A DNA stretch of 63,056 nucleotides, filler included, from Circinaria calcarea (Eukaryota): assembly GCA_051942165.1 (NCBI GenBank). It is 15 parts of 15 records of this genome, joined end to end, with 100 filler letters (N's around TTAATTAATTAA, not from the genome) between each part and the next. Parts side by side here need not be neighbours in the genome. Positions count along the whole stretch, not along the records: positions 1 to 4,118 come from JAVECS010002460.1; positions 4,219 to 8,334 come from JAVECS010002461.1; positions 8,435 to 12,550 come from JAVECS010002462.1; 12 more parts are not named here. One strand, given 5' to 3'. The notes under the pieces were generated by a model, which made no database searches, was not told the DNA's origin, and worked only from the letters and a program-made list of their open reading frames with translations. Both the position numbers and the translations under genes were made by a program. Of this stretch, positions 1 through 11,519 are shown in pieces. The stretch's first letter is position 1; the number at the start of each line of letters is the position of its first letter.

Positions 1-1313
1 GAATCTTCCCCTTTCTCCCCGGCCTCCGGCGTCGATGCAACTGCTCTTGCAGCTCTTGATACTGAGCTGGAAACCAGTTTGGAATGGATCAATCATCCAG
101 CCGTTTTTGGTCGAGATAGTCGGAAAGCCGTTCTGCAGGCTATTGGTGTCATCGGTAGTCAGAGGGGATACACATTCCGGACCCCTGCGGAGAGCCTGTG
201 GGCAGGGCGAATTGCGGGTGTCAAGAGATTGACGAGCCGCAGCAGAGAGTGGAGAGAAGTCGGTGAAGGTGAGGCACTGATGGAGGAAACTTGAGAGGTC
301 GCTTTGACTCTCTCTAATCTCTCCCTCTGTGCTATTTGTCTGATGACTTCTTGATTTGCATCCGTAGATACCTGCGCTAATTTTCTTTTGGGTGGCTGTT
401 TGGATATGCATGCTCATGGACGATATGTATGATATTCTCTCTTGGTTTGTGTCATTTACCTTGTATCGTGCATCGATCTCTTGGGGGGTTAGTGGACTTG
501 GGTAAAAGCCGATATGTTCTCGCATGGCAAATTTACAAGCGGGAGGAAAGGTAATCGAGTATACCACCGGCTGGGTCTTGTCAGTACATCAACAAGACAA
601 GACCCGAGGTCGACTAACTAGTGCACGTATGGTGGATATCTGATCATCAAGGTGGAATGGAAGGGCTTTGAGGACACCCCGGGGGATTTAGCGGTCACGT
701 TCCCCCATGTATCGTGGATTCGAGCTACATTTGTGGCGGATTTTTTTTTGGGGGGGGGGGGCGGTTGGTTCTTGGATTTTTGTCCCATCTAATTAAGACC
801 CCGACTCCGTGTGTTGAGAATTCTGTCACATAGGTAGCTTTACCAGGCCCGAATGTACGAATCATGTTCCAAACCCATTTTCTCTCTACTCATTGTTGGT
901 CGTCTGCCCAGTGGTTTCTCAACAATGATTTGTTGGAACCCCTTTCGTTTGTTCTCCACACAGATCTGGTAGTTGAATCTCTTGCGTGATTACCTATCTC
1001 CCTATTGCGTTTTCTTTGTTACAGGCCCCTTTGTTCCCCCTTGTTCTATCTTGCATGGATGTTCTTTCACCCGGACAATGCCATTGTTCCTTTATCGAAT
1101 GAAGGTATATAAGTGCCGTTCGAATCAACCACGGTCCAAATCATCCAAACCGCCTCCCTTTTTTCCTGCAGCATATCAAACCATCCCCGGATCCATTATC
1201 ATCACTTATCCATCTGATCCCACCCCATCCATCCATCCATCTCATCCCACAACCCCAGCCTCCCAAAAGCGGAAAGAGAGAGAGAAAGCAAAGAAAGAAA
1301 GAAAAGCCAAACA

Positions 1314-2700
1314 ATGGAACCCCTCACCCTTACCTTCGGCGTCGAATTCGAGTTCATCCTCGCCTACTTCCCCAAAGGGCCCGTCCCGTTCCGAGGGAGA
1401 AAAGGAAAAGACGGCCAAGGGCAAGCGGAGCAAGCGCCGAAGAAACGTCGCTTCCCCTCGGCCTCGTCCTCGCCCGAGAAAACCGCATCCTCGTCCTCGT
1501 CGTCCGAGTACACCGAGGAGAGATACCACGCCGAGCAGCAGGAGCACCACCTCCAGCGCGCCAAGCTCATCCCCGTCCTCCGCGCCGCGGGGATCCCCGT
1601 GCACGACTCCCAGGACGAGCCCAACCGGGACCAGGACCAAGGGTACGACCGGTGGACCGTGACGGGGGACGCCTCCGTCACGCCGGACGCCAAGCACGAG
1701 CGGGACATGGCCATCACGTGGGCGAACGGGATGACGACGAGGCTGACGCGCGCGCAGAGACGGGTGCTGCGCTTCACCGACGTCGAGATCGCTTCCCGCG
1801 TGCTGCCCTACTGCCGATTCCTTTCGGGAAATCGAAACCGTGCTCTCGACGCTCACCTCGCGCTTCCCCGTCTTCGTGCCCGAGAGCGCCGGGCTGCACG
1901 TGCACATTGGCAATCGGAGCAAGGGCTTCCCGCTGCACACGCTGCAGAACCTCACCACGCTGGCGGCCTGCTTCGAGAACCAGCTCAACGAGATCCACCC
2001 GGCGGACCGGCTCGACAACCCGTACTGCCTGCTGCCGCGCTGGTCCTTCGAGCCCGCCGACCGGGACCTCTGGAAGATGGCCGAGATCCTCGACGGGCAG
2101 GAGAGCGTGGCGCAGCTGGTCAACGTGTGGCAGCTGGCCCGCGGGTCCTTGCTCAGCAACCACCAGCGCTGCTACAACCTGACCAACCTGCTGTACACGG
2201 GCTCGAAGAAGACGATCGAGTTCCGGCAGCACGCGGGGAGCCTGGATTTCGGCGTCGTGCAGGCGTGGGCGCTGGTGGTGGGGTCGCTGGTGAGCGTGGC
2301 CCACGAGGTCGACGCCGCCGTCTTCCTCGACCTGATCCTCGAGCGGGGCTACGAGGCCGACTTTGACGTGCCGGAACTGCTGCAGCGCTTGGGGTTGAAT
2401 GTGCTGGCCGAATTCTTCAGGGAGAGGCTGCACCGGCATCCGAGGGATCGGGAGTTCAAGGACCCGTTCATCCTCGATCGTAGCCTGTTTGGCGGCTTGT
2501 ATGATACGGAGAGTGAAAGGGAGTCCGGGAGTCTGGAGGAGAGCACCTCCGCTGAGGACGCTTCCATCAACAGCGCCTCAGACAAGGGCCCCTCAGACCA
2601 GAGCGCTTCCGACGAAAACGCCTCCTCCGATCACACCGGCTCCGAAAAGAGCCCCTCCGAGGAACACTATCCCGCCCGACCCGGCTACGACAGCCCTTAA
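1314..2700 (+). pseudogene. Putative amidoligase (COOH-NH2 ligase, Amidoligase_2-like) gene with a +1 frameshift near 1812 (pseudogene or assembly indel)
   Basis: Frame A carries LTFGVEFEF, RWTVTGDASV and VEIASRVL. Frame B carries SAGLHVHIG, YNLTNL and KTIEFRQHAGSLD. These are the ordered motifs of the fungal putative amidoligase family. Frames switch at CCC TAC T GCC GAT with no room for an intron. Confidence 0.8.
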
Positions 2701-3544
2701 ACCCACATTCCCCAACCAAAGCCCAAAGCTCCGCAAAACCCCACAGATAGAAGAATGATCATTTTACCAGGTAAGCATTCAGATTCCCCGTGACACAGGC
2801 TGACATGAATTATGGCTAGAAACGGTGGAAGAGGAGAGAGGGAAAGGATGTAGGGGTTGAGTGTCATAATGTAAATTTAATAAAGTTTGAAATGGGAAAA
2901 GGAATAATGAATGAGCAGGTAAGTGTTCTCATCCCTGTGACACTGCTGAAGTGAAATCTACCAGAACCGTCGAGGGAGAAACGGAGATGATCGGGGTAGG
3001 ATGGGTGATATAAACCTAAAGAAAGTGGAAATGGAAATAACGGGGTAATTGGGGGGAGTTGTGACGGTGAGTTTTGTAGGATGGAGGTCTTGCTCGTAGT
3101 GGTGAGGAGAAAGGGTTGGTGTGGAGAGATGGGGGATAGGAGGGAAATAGGAGTGCAGGGGCAGGGGAACGGGTAAGTTGACAGATATATATATGTAAAT
3201 GCTAATGAGACGTGGAGGATTAATATGTGGAGATGACGTCTTTGGTCAAGGGACCAGTTTGCAAACTGGCTACTAGTAGGGTCTTCGAGGATGGTTTCCC
3301 ATGTTTTTTTTCCCACTGTCGATCAATCCTCCACGGACTGGTAGAATCTTGCCGTGTATCGATGGTTTATCATCCAAGTGTCCCTTGGCTTACTGCATGG
3401 TTATCCGACGAGATATGCTGCCACCTGCGCACATGATCTCTATAGAAGATTCTCATTTCGTGTGGCCTACGTTCGTAGAATGGCGGGTTATTTGTTGGAG
3501 AATTTTTTGCGCTTTCTACGCGTTATTGTTATCGATTAATTGTG

Positions 3545-4117
3545 TCATGTCATACATTGTATTGGTAACTTTGGACTTACAGCTCCGGAAGTTTTCTGGG
3601 CAGGCCAGATGTCATAGTGCTCTGACATGTTATACTCATCCATTGCTGGCACTTTCCCCTTGAGCGCGGCAATCTCATTGAAGCGATTTTGCTTACGGTA
3701 CAGTCTTGACAGCTGTTCCGCAATTGCGATTGTTCGTGGATGATCTAGCGCTAGAACCTTGGTCTGCATTATCATTTCAAGCGTCTGGGTGCAGTCCTTT
3801 TCCGCCTCTTCAACATAGCCTTGCTGAATACGTGCATGAATGGATCCGGACATGATGTGAATCCAGTCGGGATGACCAGATGGTATCTGAGCGAGCAGCC
3901 GTCGAAGAAGCTCTTCCATCTCTATCCATCTCTTGCAGAAAAAGTATGCTCTTGCAAGATTTGCCCGAGTCATGGACAAGCCAACGTGGTCTTCACCTAG
4001 CGTTTTTATGACTACTGGTATAATCTCTTCCAGCATCAACGCTGCCTCCGCTCCACGTCCGCGGTCACAGAGAATCCTAGACAAGTCATTCATCGACCAC
4101 CAAGTATACGCATGGTC
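3545..4117 (-). CDS. C-terminal TPR (kinesin-light-chain-like) repeats, probably the 3' end of an NLR-type protein; 5' truncated by the contig end
   Basis: Open to the contig edge. Repeats DHAYTWWSMNDL, LGEDHVGLSMTRANLARAY, GHPDW and LALDHPRT resemble fungal NB-ARC-associated TPRs. Confidence 0.7.
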   Translation of the reverse strand, partial: DHAYTWWSMNDLSRILCDRGRGAEAALMLEEIIPVVIKTLGEDHVGLSMTRANLARAYFFCKRWIEMEELLRRLLAQIPSGHPDWIHIMSGSIHARIQQGYVEEAEKDCTQTLEMIMQTKVLALDHPRTIAIAEQLSRLYRKQNRFNEIAALKGKVPAMDEYNMSEHYDIWPAQKTSGAVSPKLPIQCMT

Positions 4118-4118
4118 C

Positions 4119-4218
4119 NNNNNNNNNNNNNNNNNNNNNNNNNNNNNNNNNNNNNNNNNNNNTTAATTAATTAANNNNNNNNNNNNNNNNNNNNNNNNNN
4201 NNNNNNNNNNNNNNNNNN
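4119..4218. other. Artificial contig linker N44-TTAATTAATTAA-N44 (first of 14)
   Basis: Identical 100-bp spacers at 4119, 8335, 12551, 16766, 20980, 25193, 29406, 33617, 37825, 42032, 46239, 50445, 54651 and 58854. The core has stops in all six frames. Intervening contigs decrease monotonically from 4118 to 4103 bp and genes are cut at the junctions. Confidence 0.99.
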
Positions 4219-4517
4219 CTTATCTTGGTCTTTTGACGCGATACATATCTACTGGGAAGGAATATCCCTATTCCGGGTTTTTGTTGGGTCGGCTGGTTTC
4301 GATTTGCAAAGGCTGGAAGAGCAGGTTTCACTGTTCACGGAGGGTTGAGAAGGGAAAAAGGAAGAAGACGATCGATGAAGAATTATAGGGGTAAGTTTGT
4401 GAGGAAGGGGACTGTAGCTTGGTTCCATCTAGCCGGAAGCATCAAACCCCCAGCCCAACTTTTGTTCATTCTCCCTCGTACAGAGTAGAATCCAAAGCCC
4501 CCTTTCGTCTGTTTTCC

Positions 4518-5273
4518 TCAACAGAGCTCCATCGGTTCCGTCACCTCAAACGGACACCCGTGAGGGTAGAACGGCTGGCGTTCGTTACTGGGGATCTTAT
4601 CTTTGGCCACGTAGTGCTGCCCCATCACTTCCTTTTCCGCTTCCGCCTCGTACGCGTGAAAACAAGCCCAGTACACAAAAAACCCCTTGAGGCCGCGCTC
4701 GCCGAGGATCCGCATCGGCTCGACCATGGCTCTGTACGCATTCAACACGTGGGCAAGATCCTCTTCTCGCGCGTTTTGCTCTTCGTAGATGGTGTAGCCA
4801 GGCCCGGCATCGAGGGAGAGGATGAGGTTCTCGAGTTGGAGATTCGCGGCGATGAAGTTTATGAGGTCGGCCCACTCGGCTTTCCAGGGTGTGCCGGGCT
4901 TGGTCCAGGCTTCGATTTCTTGCGGCATGAATTGGAAGTCGAGGGCACGGATATGTCTGACCAGAGATCCTTGAGCACGGAGGAAGGCGAGGGATCGAGC
5001 CGGTGAGCCCCTGAGGACCAGCCGATTCTGGGAGAGGAGGGTGAAGCGAGCGTCGTCGTCCAAGGTCGGCCCCAGACGAAGGAGATTGGTCGGTAAGGGG
5101 CGACAGTTACAGCTGGAAGCATCGTGCCAGTTGATGTCGTGCTCAACCGGGTAGGTGATTTCGCCATCCTTGATGTGAATTCCAGGAATCGAGTCACCGT
5201 CGGAGGAGTGGGAAACCAGGTCCGTCTTGGCCAGGATTTGCTGACTGACTTCTCGAGGTAGTGGGAAAGGCAT
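4518..5273 (-). CDS. Hypothetical fungal protein with an F-box-like N-terminus
   Basis: ATG at 5273 gives MPFPLPREVSQQILAKTDLV, matching an LPxExxxxIL pattern. About 251 aa, intronless. Confidence 0.6.
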   Translation of the reverse strand: MPFPLPREVSQQILAKTDLVSHSSDGDSIPGIHIKDGEITYPVEHDINWHDASSCNCRPLPTNLLRLGPTLDDDARFTLLSQNRLVLRGSPARSLAFLRAQGSLVRHIRALDFQFMPQEIEAWTKPGTPWKAEWADLINFIAANLQLENLILSLDAGPGYTIYEEQNAREEDLAHVLNAYRAMVEPMRILGERGLKGFFVYWACFHAYEAEAEKEVMGQHYVAKDKIPSNERQPFYPHGCPFEVTEPMELC

Positions 5274-5530
5274 GGTTAGAAATAAGGAAGACGGATAACA
5301 CAGATACGTTATCAAAACGATCTGGCGATGATGCTGACTTGAAGGTGGCAAGATGCTTAGGGGAGCAGTCTGGGAGGGGATGAAGTCTTGGTGATGTGAC
5401 TAGAGCGATGGGAGATATGTGGCTAAATATGAGAAGGGGGGGTACAACTTGTAACTAAGCGCAAACCTCGTCCAAGCCAAGGGACAGCGTTCTAGAGCTG
5501 AAAAAACTCGGAGGCGACAGTATTAATTAA

Positions 5531-7378
5531 CTAATTCTGCGAATCCTCGACGTTGAGACTATCTACCCTAGGCCTCTGAGTACTCGATAAAGAGTCGAAT
5601 GACCCGCCCATTTCTTCCACATTCCTTTTTCTAGCTGGAGCTTGTGACGCAGCTCGCGAACCAACACTGTAAGGATTGGATCGAGATCCAGGGCCAGGAT
5701 TCTGTTGGAATAAGTCCTGAACTGTCCGCTTCAGAATAGGAAACAGCTTCTTAACACCATAATGGAATAGAACATTATACACAATTCGATTGGCTTCAGC
5801 TCTTGTGTATTTACCGCGTATTGTAACGACCTCGTCGAAGTCGAAGCCGATAGGGTAGTCCTCCTTATTACATTGATCTTTCGCCAGCAGAACTGGCCTA
5901 TGAGCTCGTAGCCAGAACCCTTCCGTAGTCGCGACGGCTGAAAAAATTCTAACGTCCTCGAAGAACTCTTCTGTGTTATCCGTGTCTTGCATACAGCGGT
6001 AAATGTTGTACAGACCTTGAGAGGCAGTATTGAGATTTTGTGCCTCTGCCACAGCATTGTCGAGTGTGCCGCGTCTACCTTTTACCTCCATCGCAAAGAA
6101 TGGGAAAGCACGTTTACTCTTTTGGACACCCTCTCCCTCCGGGAATATGTGGTTTGTCTGAGAGCGCAGGCGACTGAAATCCGGTGCCCTCTTGCCCTCT
6201 GGCATAAGCCTTGTGGGCTTGAACGCAACAACGAGATCCGGCTGGGGTTGACTGACTTTGCAGAGTCCTGGCTTGCAGTCCTTACATGGGAAACGGTCAG
6301 ACTTCCATGGCGCTTCGCAAACGTACGTAAGCTTGTCATCTAGTTCGTGTCGATTGAGAATGGTCATCATGGTAGTGCGTTGGAACATTGCTTCGTTCGA
6401 GCCGATACAGGTTTCTATATCGATCTGCCATCGTACTTCATCCAAAGCACCTGTCTCGTCGTTGCTTGTATCCGAATCGTTCTCGGTACCGGAGCGTGGA
6501 TTGCTTTCGACTAGCCTTTTCCACGCAACGATTTTGCTATCGGCTGTAGGCCAATAGTTAACATTATGTTCAGCCAAGACCGCTTCAAATTCTGGGTCAC
6601 CAGATTTGAATCTATACTTTTGCTTCTTTTGGCGATCACCATTCTGGCCTGCCTGAGAAGCGGTGATAGTTCTATCATCAGCAGTAGATCCCATCTCCTC
6701 CGGTGAGGGCGCCACGTATCCACGACTTTTGTAGTGTTCTCGAATAATTGGAGCAAGCTGAGGATGAGGAGTACTATTTGAAGTAGGATGCTCGGGAGGT
6801 AACCCTGGGGATGCTTGTCCAGCCCAGTTTTCAATACGCTCCGACTGAGTATATCATAAGCACATCAACCTATAAGTTGGGAGCTGTAAATGAGAAGCTC
6901 ACTTGAGTTGGTACACGTGCGGCGATGCGAGTTGATTCAACAGGATCCACGTTCGAAGTAGTGGCTTCATGCGTAGCAGGTGTGCTTCGAGGCTTCCGGC
7001 CGATCTTGTTCGATAGCTGTGGAAGAATCTCTGGTCCTGATGGCTGAGCAAGAGCAGATGCTTGGGACCTCTGTTTCGTTTTAGACTCTCGTGGTCTGGT
7101 CGAACAGGTGTTCTCTGCTTCCTGAGTGCGTCCAACAGGTAGTTCCCGTTCTACTTCTATCTCCTGTAACGGCTCTGGAGCTAATCCTCGGACCCGGGCT
7201 GAAATCCGAGTAGGAACACTTTTTGGCCTTTTGGAGGCTGCCAGCTTTGAAAATCAATCAAAGCTGAAAATGGTTATTAGAGTAGATGCACCTGAGCCGA
7301 CTTCTTGTCCCCCTTCTTCCGTTGTCGTTTTATAGGCAGATCTCCCCGCACCGCTTTCGTGCTTGATTTGGGTGGCAT
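5531..7378 (-). CDS. Uncharacterised protein: disordered N-terminus plus a C-terminal domain with PD-(D/E)xK-like motifs
   Basis: Three-exon model: ATG at 7378 (MPPKSSTK), then two phase-0 GT-AG introns at about 7236-7291 and 6845-6902 joining the 394-aa ORF. Motifs QPQPDLVVAF, FPFFAMEVKG and AEAQNLNTASQGLYNI. Confidence 0.75.
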
Positions 7379-8434
7379 TGAGTACGGTGCTTGTATTGCG
7401 GGCGATGCGAGTATTTTGGAGGGCTTCAGCCTCGTCTTGAGAGACTTAACAACAGGCTAGAAAGCGCAGACAATGCTTATCTGGCGTATATTTTGAAGCC
7501 AATGGACATGCACGAACATAAGAGGGTGTTCAAGCTGGGGTCTTATCGGATATATTGCGCCAACCAGACACGGTGCTCAAGTTGCCTAATATTCTGTACC
7601 CGCTCAACTGCGGCATAGCATGCAGCCGCCCATTGTGGTGCGCCTTCCTCGGCCATGAGGGAAAGTACTAGAGCGGGGTTTCCCCAACCGGAAAATAGAT
7701 CATTCTACCTACTCCACATTTTTGGCAGTGAAACGTGACACGAATTCAGACCACTTGTAGGCTGTCATTTGCCCGTAGCGTACTACCCAGAGATCACCAT
7801 GCATTTAAACATTCCTTTTTCTGCATAACCATCCGTCGCAAAAAGTCAGCACCCCGCCGTCCTTGGAATCGAGCACAAATTTTAGCGTAAGACGCGGACC
7901 CTTGATACATCAGAGCACATACACAGTATAGCGCTATTTCTTCGCGGTCTGGTAAAGTTAGCATCATCTTTCATGCAGCTGAGACGAATAATCTTCATGA
8001 GCGGTTTTAATTGCGGCTCAAACCAACCATACACAAGCAGAATAGAATTCATCAAGATGTAAAAGAGTAAAGATGCATGGAAGGAAATCGGGGGCGTGGT
8101 CTTGACTTTGTATATTCCATCACTCGTAATTGGGCTACCTTGTTGGCTGCCCTCTCTAGTGTACGAACCGTTTCCTAACTTGATTTTGTATGCGGTTATA
8201 AGAAAGGAGGTGCGTTACAGGGTAGGGCGCTACGTCTCTCAACAGGCTGCACAGTATATAACCGGAATGTATGCATGGGTAAGTGTGCTAATGAATACTA
8301 TAGTAAATGCTACAAAATACTATGCATATATATGNNNNNNNNNNNNNNNNNNNNNNNNNNNNNNNNNNNNNNNNNNNNTTAATTAATTAANNNNNNNNNN
8401 NNNNNNNNNNNNNNNNNNNNNNNNNNNNNNNNNN

Positions 8435-9073
8435 GCCTTCTCATCATAATCGAACCACTCGCCTTCCTGCAAGTCGATGCCCGTAAAGACTGTCGGTGAC
8501 TCCAGACCTTTCGCGGTCCATTCGCCCTGCAGTCAACGCTCAGCCACATTTCCGTCAGGATAACTTACGAGTACTCGTACGTCTGCCTTGAACTCGGTGA
8601 ACCCTAGGCCGCGGCAGTCGAATTCGATAATGGTCTGTCTTTTAGGAGGAGACTCATGTTGATAGGCCCTTGCAGGAGCTTTAATCGTTGCCGTAGATTC
8701 TCTCTAGACTGGCATCAACCTCTGCCGTGTCTCGGTTGGGGAACTGGACCAGCACACCTTACATGACTTGCATCTCCAGACGAAATTGGCTTCGCCCTTA
8801 CTGCCTGATACTTCATTCATTTCCTACACAGGTCACCAAGGAGGCTGAACCAACCCATTTGAAGAACTTACATGCCGACTAACATTTACCCAATTCGGAT
8901 GCACCTCTCGACACGAAGTACATTGCACTTTAAAAGTAAAGAAGTATGGGTCTTCTGGGGTGTCAATTGGTCGTAGATCCGTTACTCTGGACTTTGTTAG
9001 CCCGAGTTCAACGAAGACACAAAAATGCGTGACTTTACCCCGTCAAGTCTGCGGTGAGTGTAAGGGCCAACAT
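8435..9073 (-). CDS. DUF866 / CXXC-motif zinc-binding protein (CZIB/C1orf123 family), 3' truncated
   Basis: Spliced translation MLALTLTADLTG-VTDLRPIDTPEDPYFFTFKVQCTSCREVH...GEANFVWRCKSCK...IIEFDCRG...GIDLQEGEWFDYDEK across four short GT-AG introns. Absent from the ORF track because the exons are short. Confidence 0.92.
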
Positions 9074-9293
9074 CTCTGATAGATTAATCTACATCTTAAA
9101 GGAATCAGGTTACGATAGCAATCCAGGGACCTTACTAAGTAGGTAGATACTCCGTATTGAATCTGTTTGGTATACCTGCTCTAACCGAGAAAGGTTTAGC
9201 CCCGATTTACATTGCTTCATCAACCAGCGTTATCTAAGCAACATTGAACCCTTCCGGTAGGCCCATAGCTCTTGGGTGAGGCTCACAGATGGT

Positions 9294-11519
9294 ATGCAGA
9301 CTCTCTGGTCAAGAGCTGTGCAGACAAAGTGTACCTGTCGCTGTCCATCTTGTTTACCCACCCAAACAGCAGTCTCGAGACGCGCAACTACTGCAGCCGC
9401 AAAACGACGGCTACGCTTCGGTGATGCCTTTACATTCTTTTATTCTTCTATCTTGGCAACGGCTGCCGTGACAGACGCAAAAAGGAAAGATGACAAGATT
9501 AAAGACTGGGATAGGGCGATCGGGGAAGCGAAGGAGGAATTGAAAGCAATCGAGGCTGAGCAGGAACGGCGTCTGCAAGCTCTCTCGAAGCCGAATAAGC
9601 TGGATTGCCTGGGGGATTGGAAAAAGACAGAGCCATGGGAGACCGTATTCGACTGGGCTGGTCATCAAAACCAGGCAAGGGCAGCTTTGGGCTACGGGAA
9701 GCTGCAAGGCATTCATGCCAGTGTCCTAAACGGCCTTTCGCCGGCTAACCTAGGAAAGCTATGTCGGAATGGGGGAATAATGGAGGCCGTGGAGGGTCGG
9801 CCGGAACAGGATGTTGGAAAAGAAACTTCTACTCGTGGACCTCTTTCAACCAAAAAACGAAAAACCATAGAGTTGTCAACAGCAAAGATGATATTCCGCC
9901 TCCTCCAGTCGTGCAAGGGTACTCCACCAAACTCAGCTACACTTAACTCTTCCGAACGCCTTATGCAGCAAGCTCTAATGCGCAACCGTGATCAGCTTAG
10001 GAGCAAGCTCGCGGAGATGGAAGACCGGTTATCTCAACTAAGACGACTTGATGCACACTCCGAAAGCCTGCACAATCTGGAGTCGCCGCGGCTTCCTGTA
10101 TATAGCGAGGATATTTCTACAACGGCAGAAAGTTCACCATCTCTCAATGCTACACTGGAAACCCTTTTAGGCCTTAACCAGAGGGAAATCTATGATATTC
10201 ATGCTTTGGTAACAAAGATTTGTTACAACCTGCTCGTCTCTACTACACCTCCGAATGTACATACCTACAACATGTTAATAATACGACTTTGCCACTTGCA
10301 CCAACTCAAGATGGCCTCTATAGTGCTAGATTCAATGCGCGAATGCCATATCCGTCCAAACGAGGCCACTGTTGCCGCCACGTTACGCTACCATACGTTT
10401 GCGAATGACCGTGTAGGTTTTAGAGCTTATGTCAACCGTATGCAGGGCAAAGGCGGTGGCCTGCATTTGGCAAATCCATTAACCCCAATTACATCCGTCA
10501 ACCAGACGAGATATGTGGCTGAACGTGCAGGTATCATCCATTACAATGTATCGCCTGGAACCTCTACGCATCGCACCGGAAATGCCCTTTCATCTACGCA
10601 AATGAAGATTATTGAGAAGGCCCCACGGAACCAAGACGTCTTCTCCGCACTCATTATCGGATCACTCAAGCTTTTTGGCCTTGATGCAGCCATGCCACAT
10701 TATCTTGACATGGTCCGGTGTGGGTGGGACACCGATACTCAAATTCTGGCAGCCTTGCTGAAACACTGTTCTTATACCAAAAACTGGTTATTCGGACAGA
10801 AGATATGGCAGGAAATACAAAGACTCGCTTCCAGTGCAACTGAAATCGCCTACTTCTGGATGCTTCGCTTATGTCTGATATGTAGACGAGAGGAGGAGTT
10901 TGAATCGGTCCTGAGAGATGGCATTGAAAGTAACGTCTTGGACTCTTCATTAACTCAGATCTCATTTTCCGTCTCCCGGAAAAGCTTGAAAATTGTTATG
11001 AGCAAAGGCTCCAAGCGGAGAAGAGAACACATCGAAAGGTTGACACACAAGCTTGAGAAGAATATAGAGCGGATTGGATTCGGCAGCTACGATCTCGCGA
11101 AAGAAGTACACGAGATCGAGACTCGCATCCACTACGGCCCTTCGGTCGCGCTCATGATCGCCCACCGGTTGAAACTTTGCAACCGCGGCGGGCCAGCGGA
11201 CAGCGGGGCCAAGGAACGTAGGGAGCTGAGAGCGTTACTGCATGCGAAAGCCGTAGAATTGGAGTTAACCCCAAGCGTAGAGATGGTTCCGGATGCCGCA
11301 CTTGCAAACTCAGAACCGAAACCGCATGGCTCTGAAGCAAGAACCAGCAATTCTATCACTTCTCTGGCGGTTGTTCCGCACACAAAGCCGCAAGCGATTC
11401 AGATTTGGGACCAGCCGAGAGATGGCCAGCTTAACCCTGCTACTGTCTCGACTGGTTCTCCCTCCTGGGTGGAAGGGGGCCGTTGTGGGAACTGGGAGCA
11501 ATCTCTGGCTGCTGCTTGA
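9294..11519 (+). CDS. Mitochondrial pentatricopeptide-repeat (PPR) domain protein
   Basis: About 741-aa ORF. N-terminus MQTLWSR...CRCPSC...FTFFYSSILATAAVTDAKRK. PPR motif PPNVHTYNMLIIRLCHLHQLKMASIVLDSMRECHIRPNEAT. Confidence 0.85.
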   Translation: MQTLWSRAVQTKCTCRCPSCLPTQTAVSRRATTAAAKRRLRFGDAFTFFYSSILATAAVTDAKRKDDKIKDWDRAIGEAKEELKAIEAEQERRLQALSKPNKLDCLGDWKKTEPWETVFDWAGHQNQARAALGYGKLQGIHASVLNGLSPANLGKLCRNGGIMEAVEGRPEQDVGKETSTRGPLSTKKRKTIELSTAKMIFRLLQSCKGTPPNSATLNSSERLMQQALMRNRDQLRSKLAEMEDRLSQLRRLDAHSESLHNLESPRLPVYSEDISTTAESSPSLNATLETLLGLNQREIYDIHALVTKICYNLLVSTTPPNVHTYNMLIIRLCHLHQLKMASIVLDSMRECHIRPNEATVAATLRYHTFANDRVGFRAYVNRMQGKGGGLHLANPLTPITSVNQTRYVAERAGIIHYNVSPGTSTHRTGNALSSTQMKIIEKAPRNQDVFSALIIGSLKLFGLDAAMPHYLDMVRCGWDTDTQILAALLKHCSYTKNWLFGQKIWQEIQRLASSATEIAYFWMLRLCLICRREEEFESVLRDGIESNVLDSSLTQISFSVSRKSLKIVMSKGSKRRREHIERLTHKLEKNIERIGFGSYDLAKEVHEIETRIHYGPSVALMIAHRLKLCNRGGPADSGAKERRELRALLHAKAVELELTPSVEMVPDAALANSEPKPHGSEARTSNSITSLAVVPHTKPQAIQIWDQPRDGQLNPATVSTGSPSWVEGGRCGNWEQSLAAA

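Noticed and set aside
1..294. Open frames on both strands at the window start
   Set aside because: Could be a gene end, but neither strand nor family can be assigned from the sequence.
1819..1827. TCC TTT CGG resembling the PA-X/amalgavirus +1 frameshift motif at the amidoligase break
   Set aside because: The motif is in register with the downstream frame, not the upstream one, so it could not join the two ORFs by that mechanism.
973..2439. Several long overlapping and antisense ORFs over the amidoligase gene
   Set aside because: They are shadow ORFs caused by extreme GC3 bias; the translations are low-complexity Arg/Pro/Ala-rich.
4163..4174. Regularly spaced TTAATTAATTAA repeat every 4.2 kb or so, as a possible biological array
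   Set aside because: It is always centred in exactly 44+44 Ns and is a six-frame-stop linker added during concatenation.
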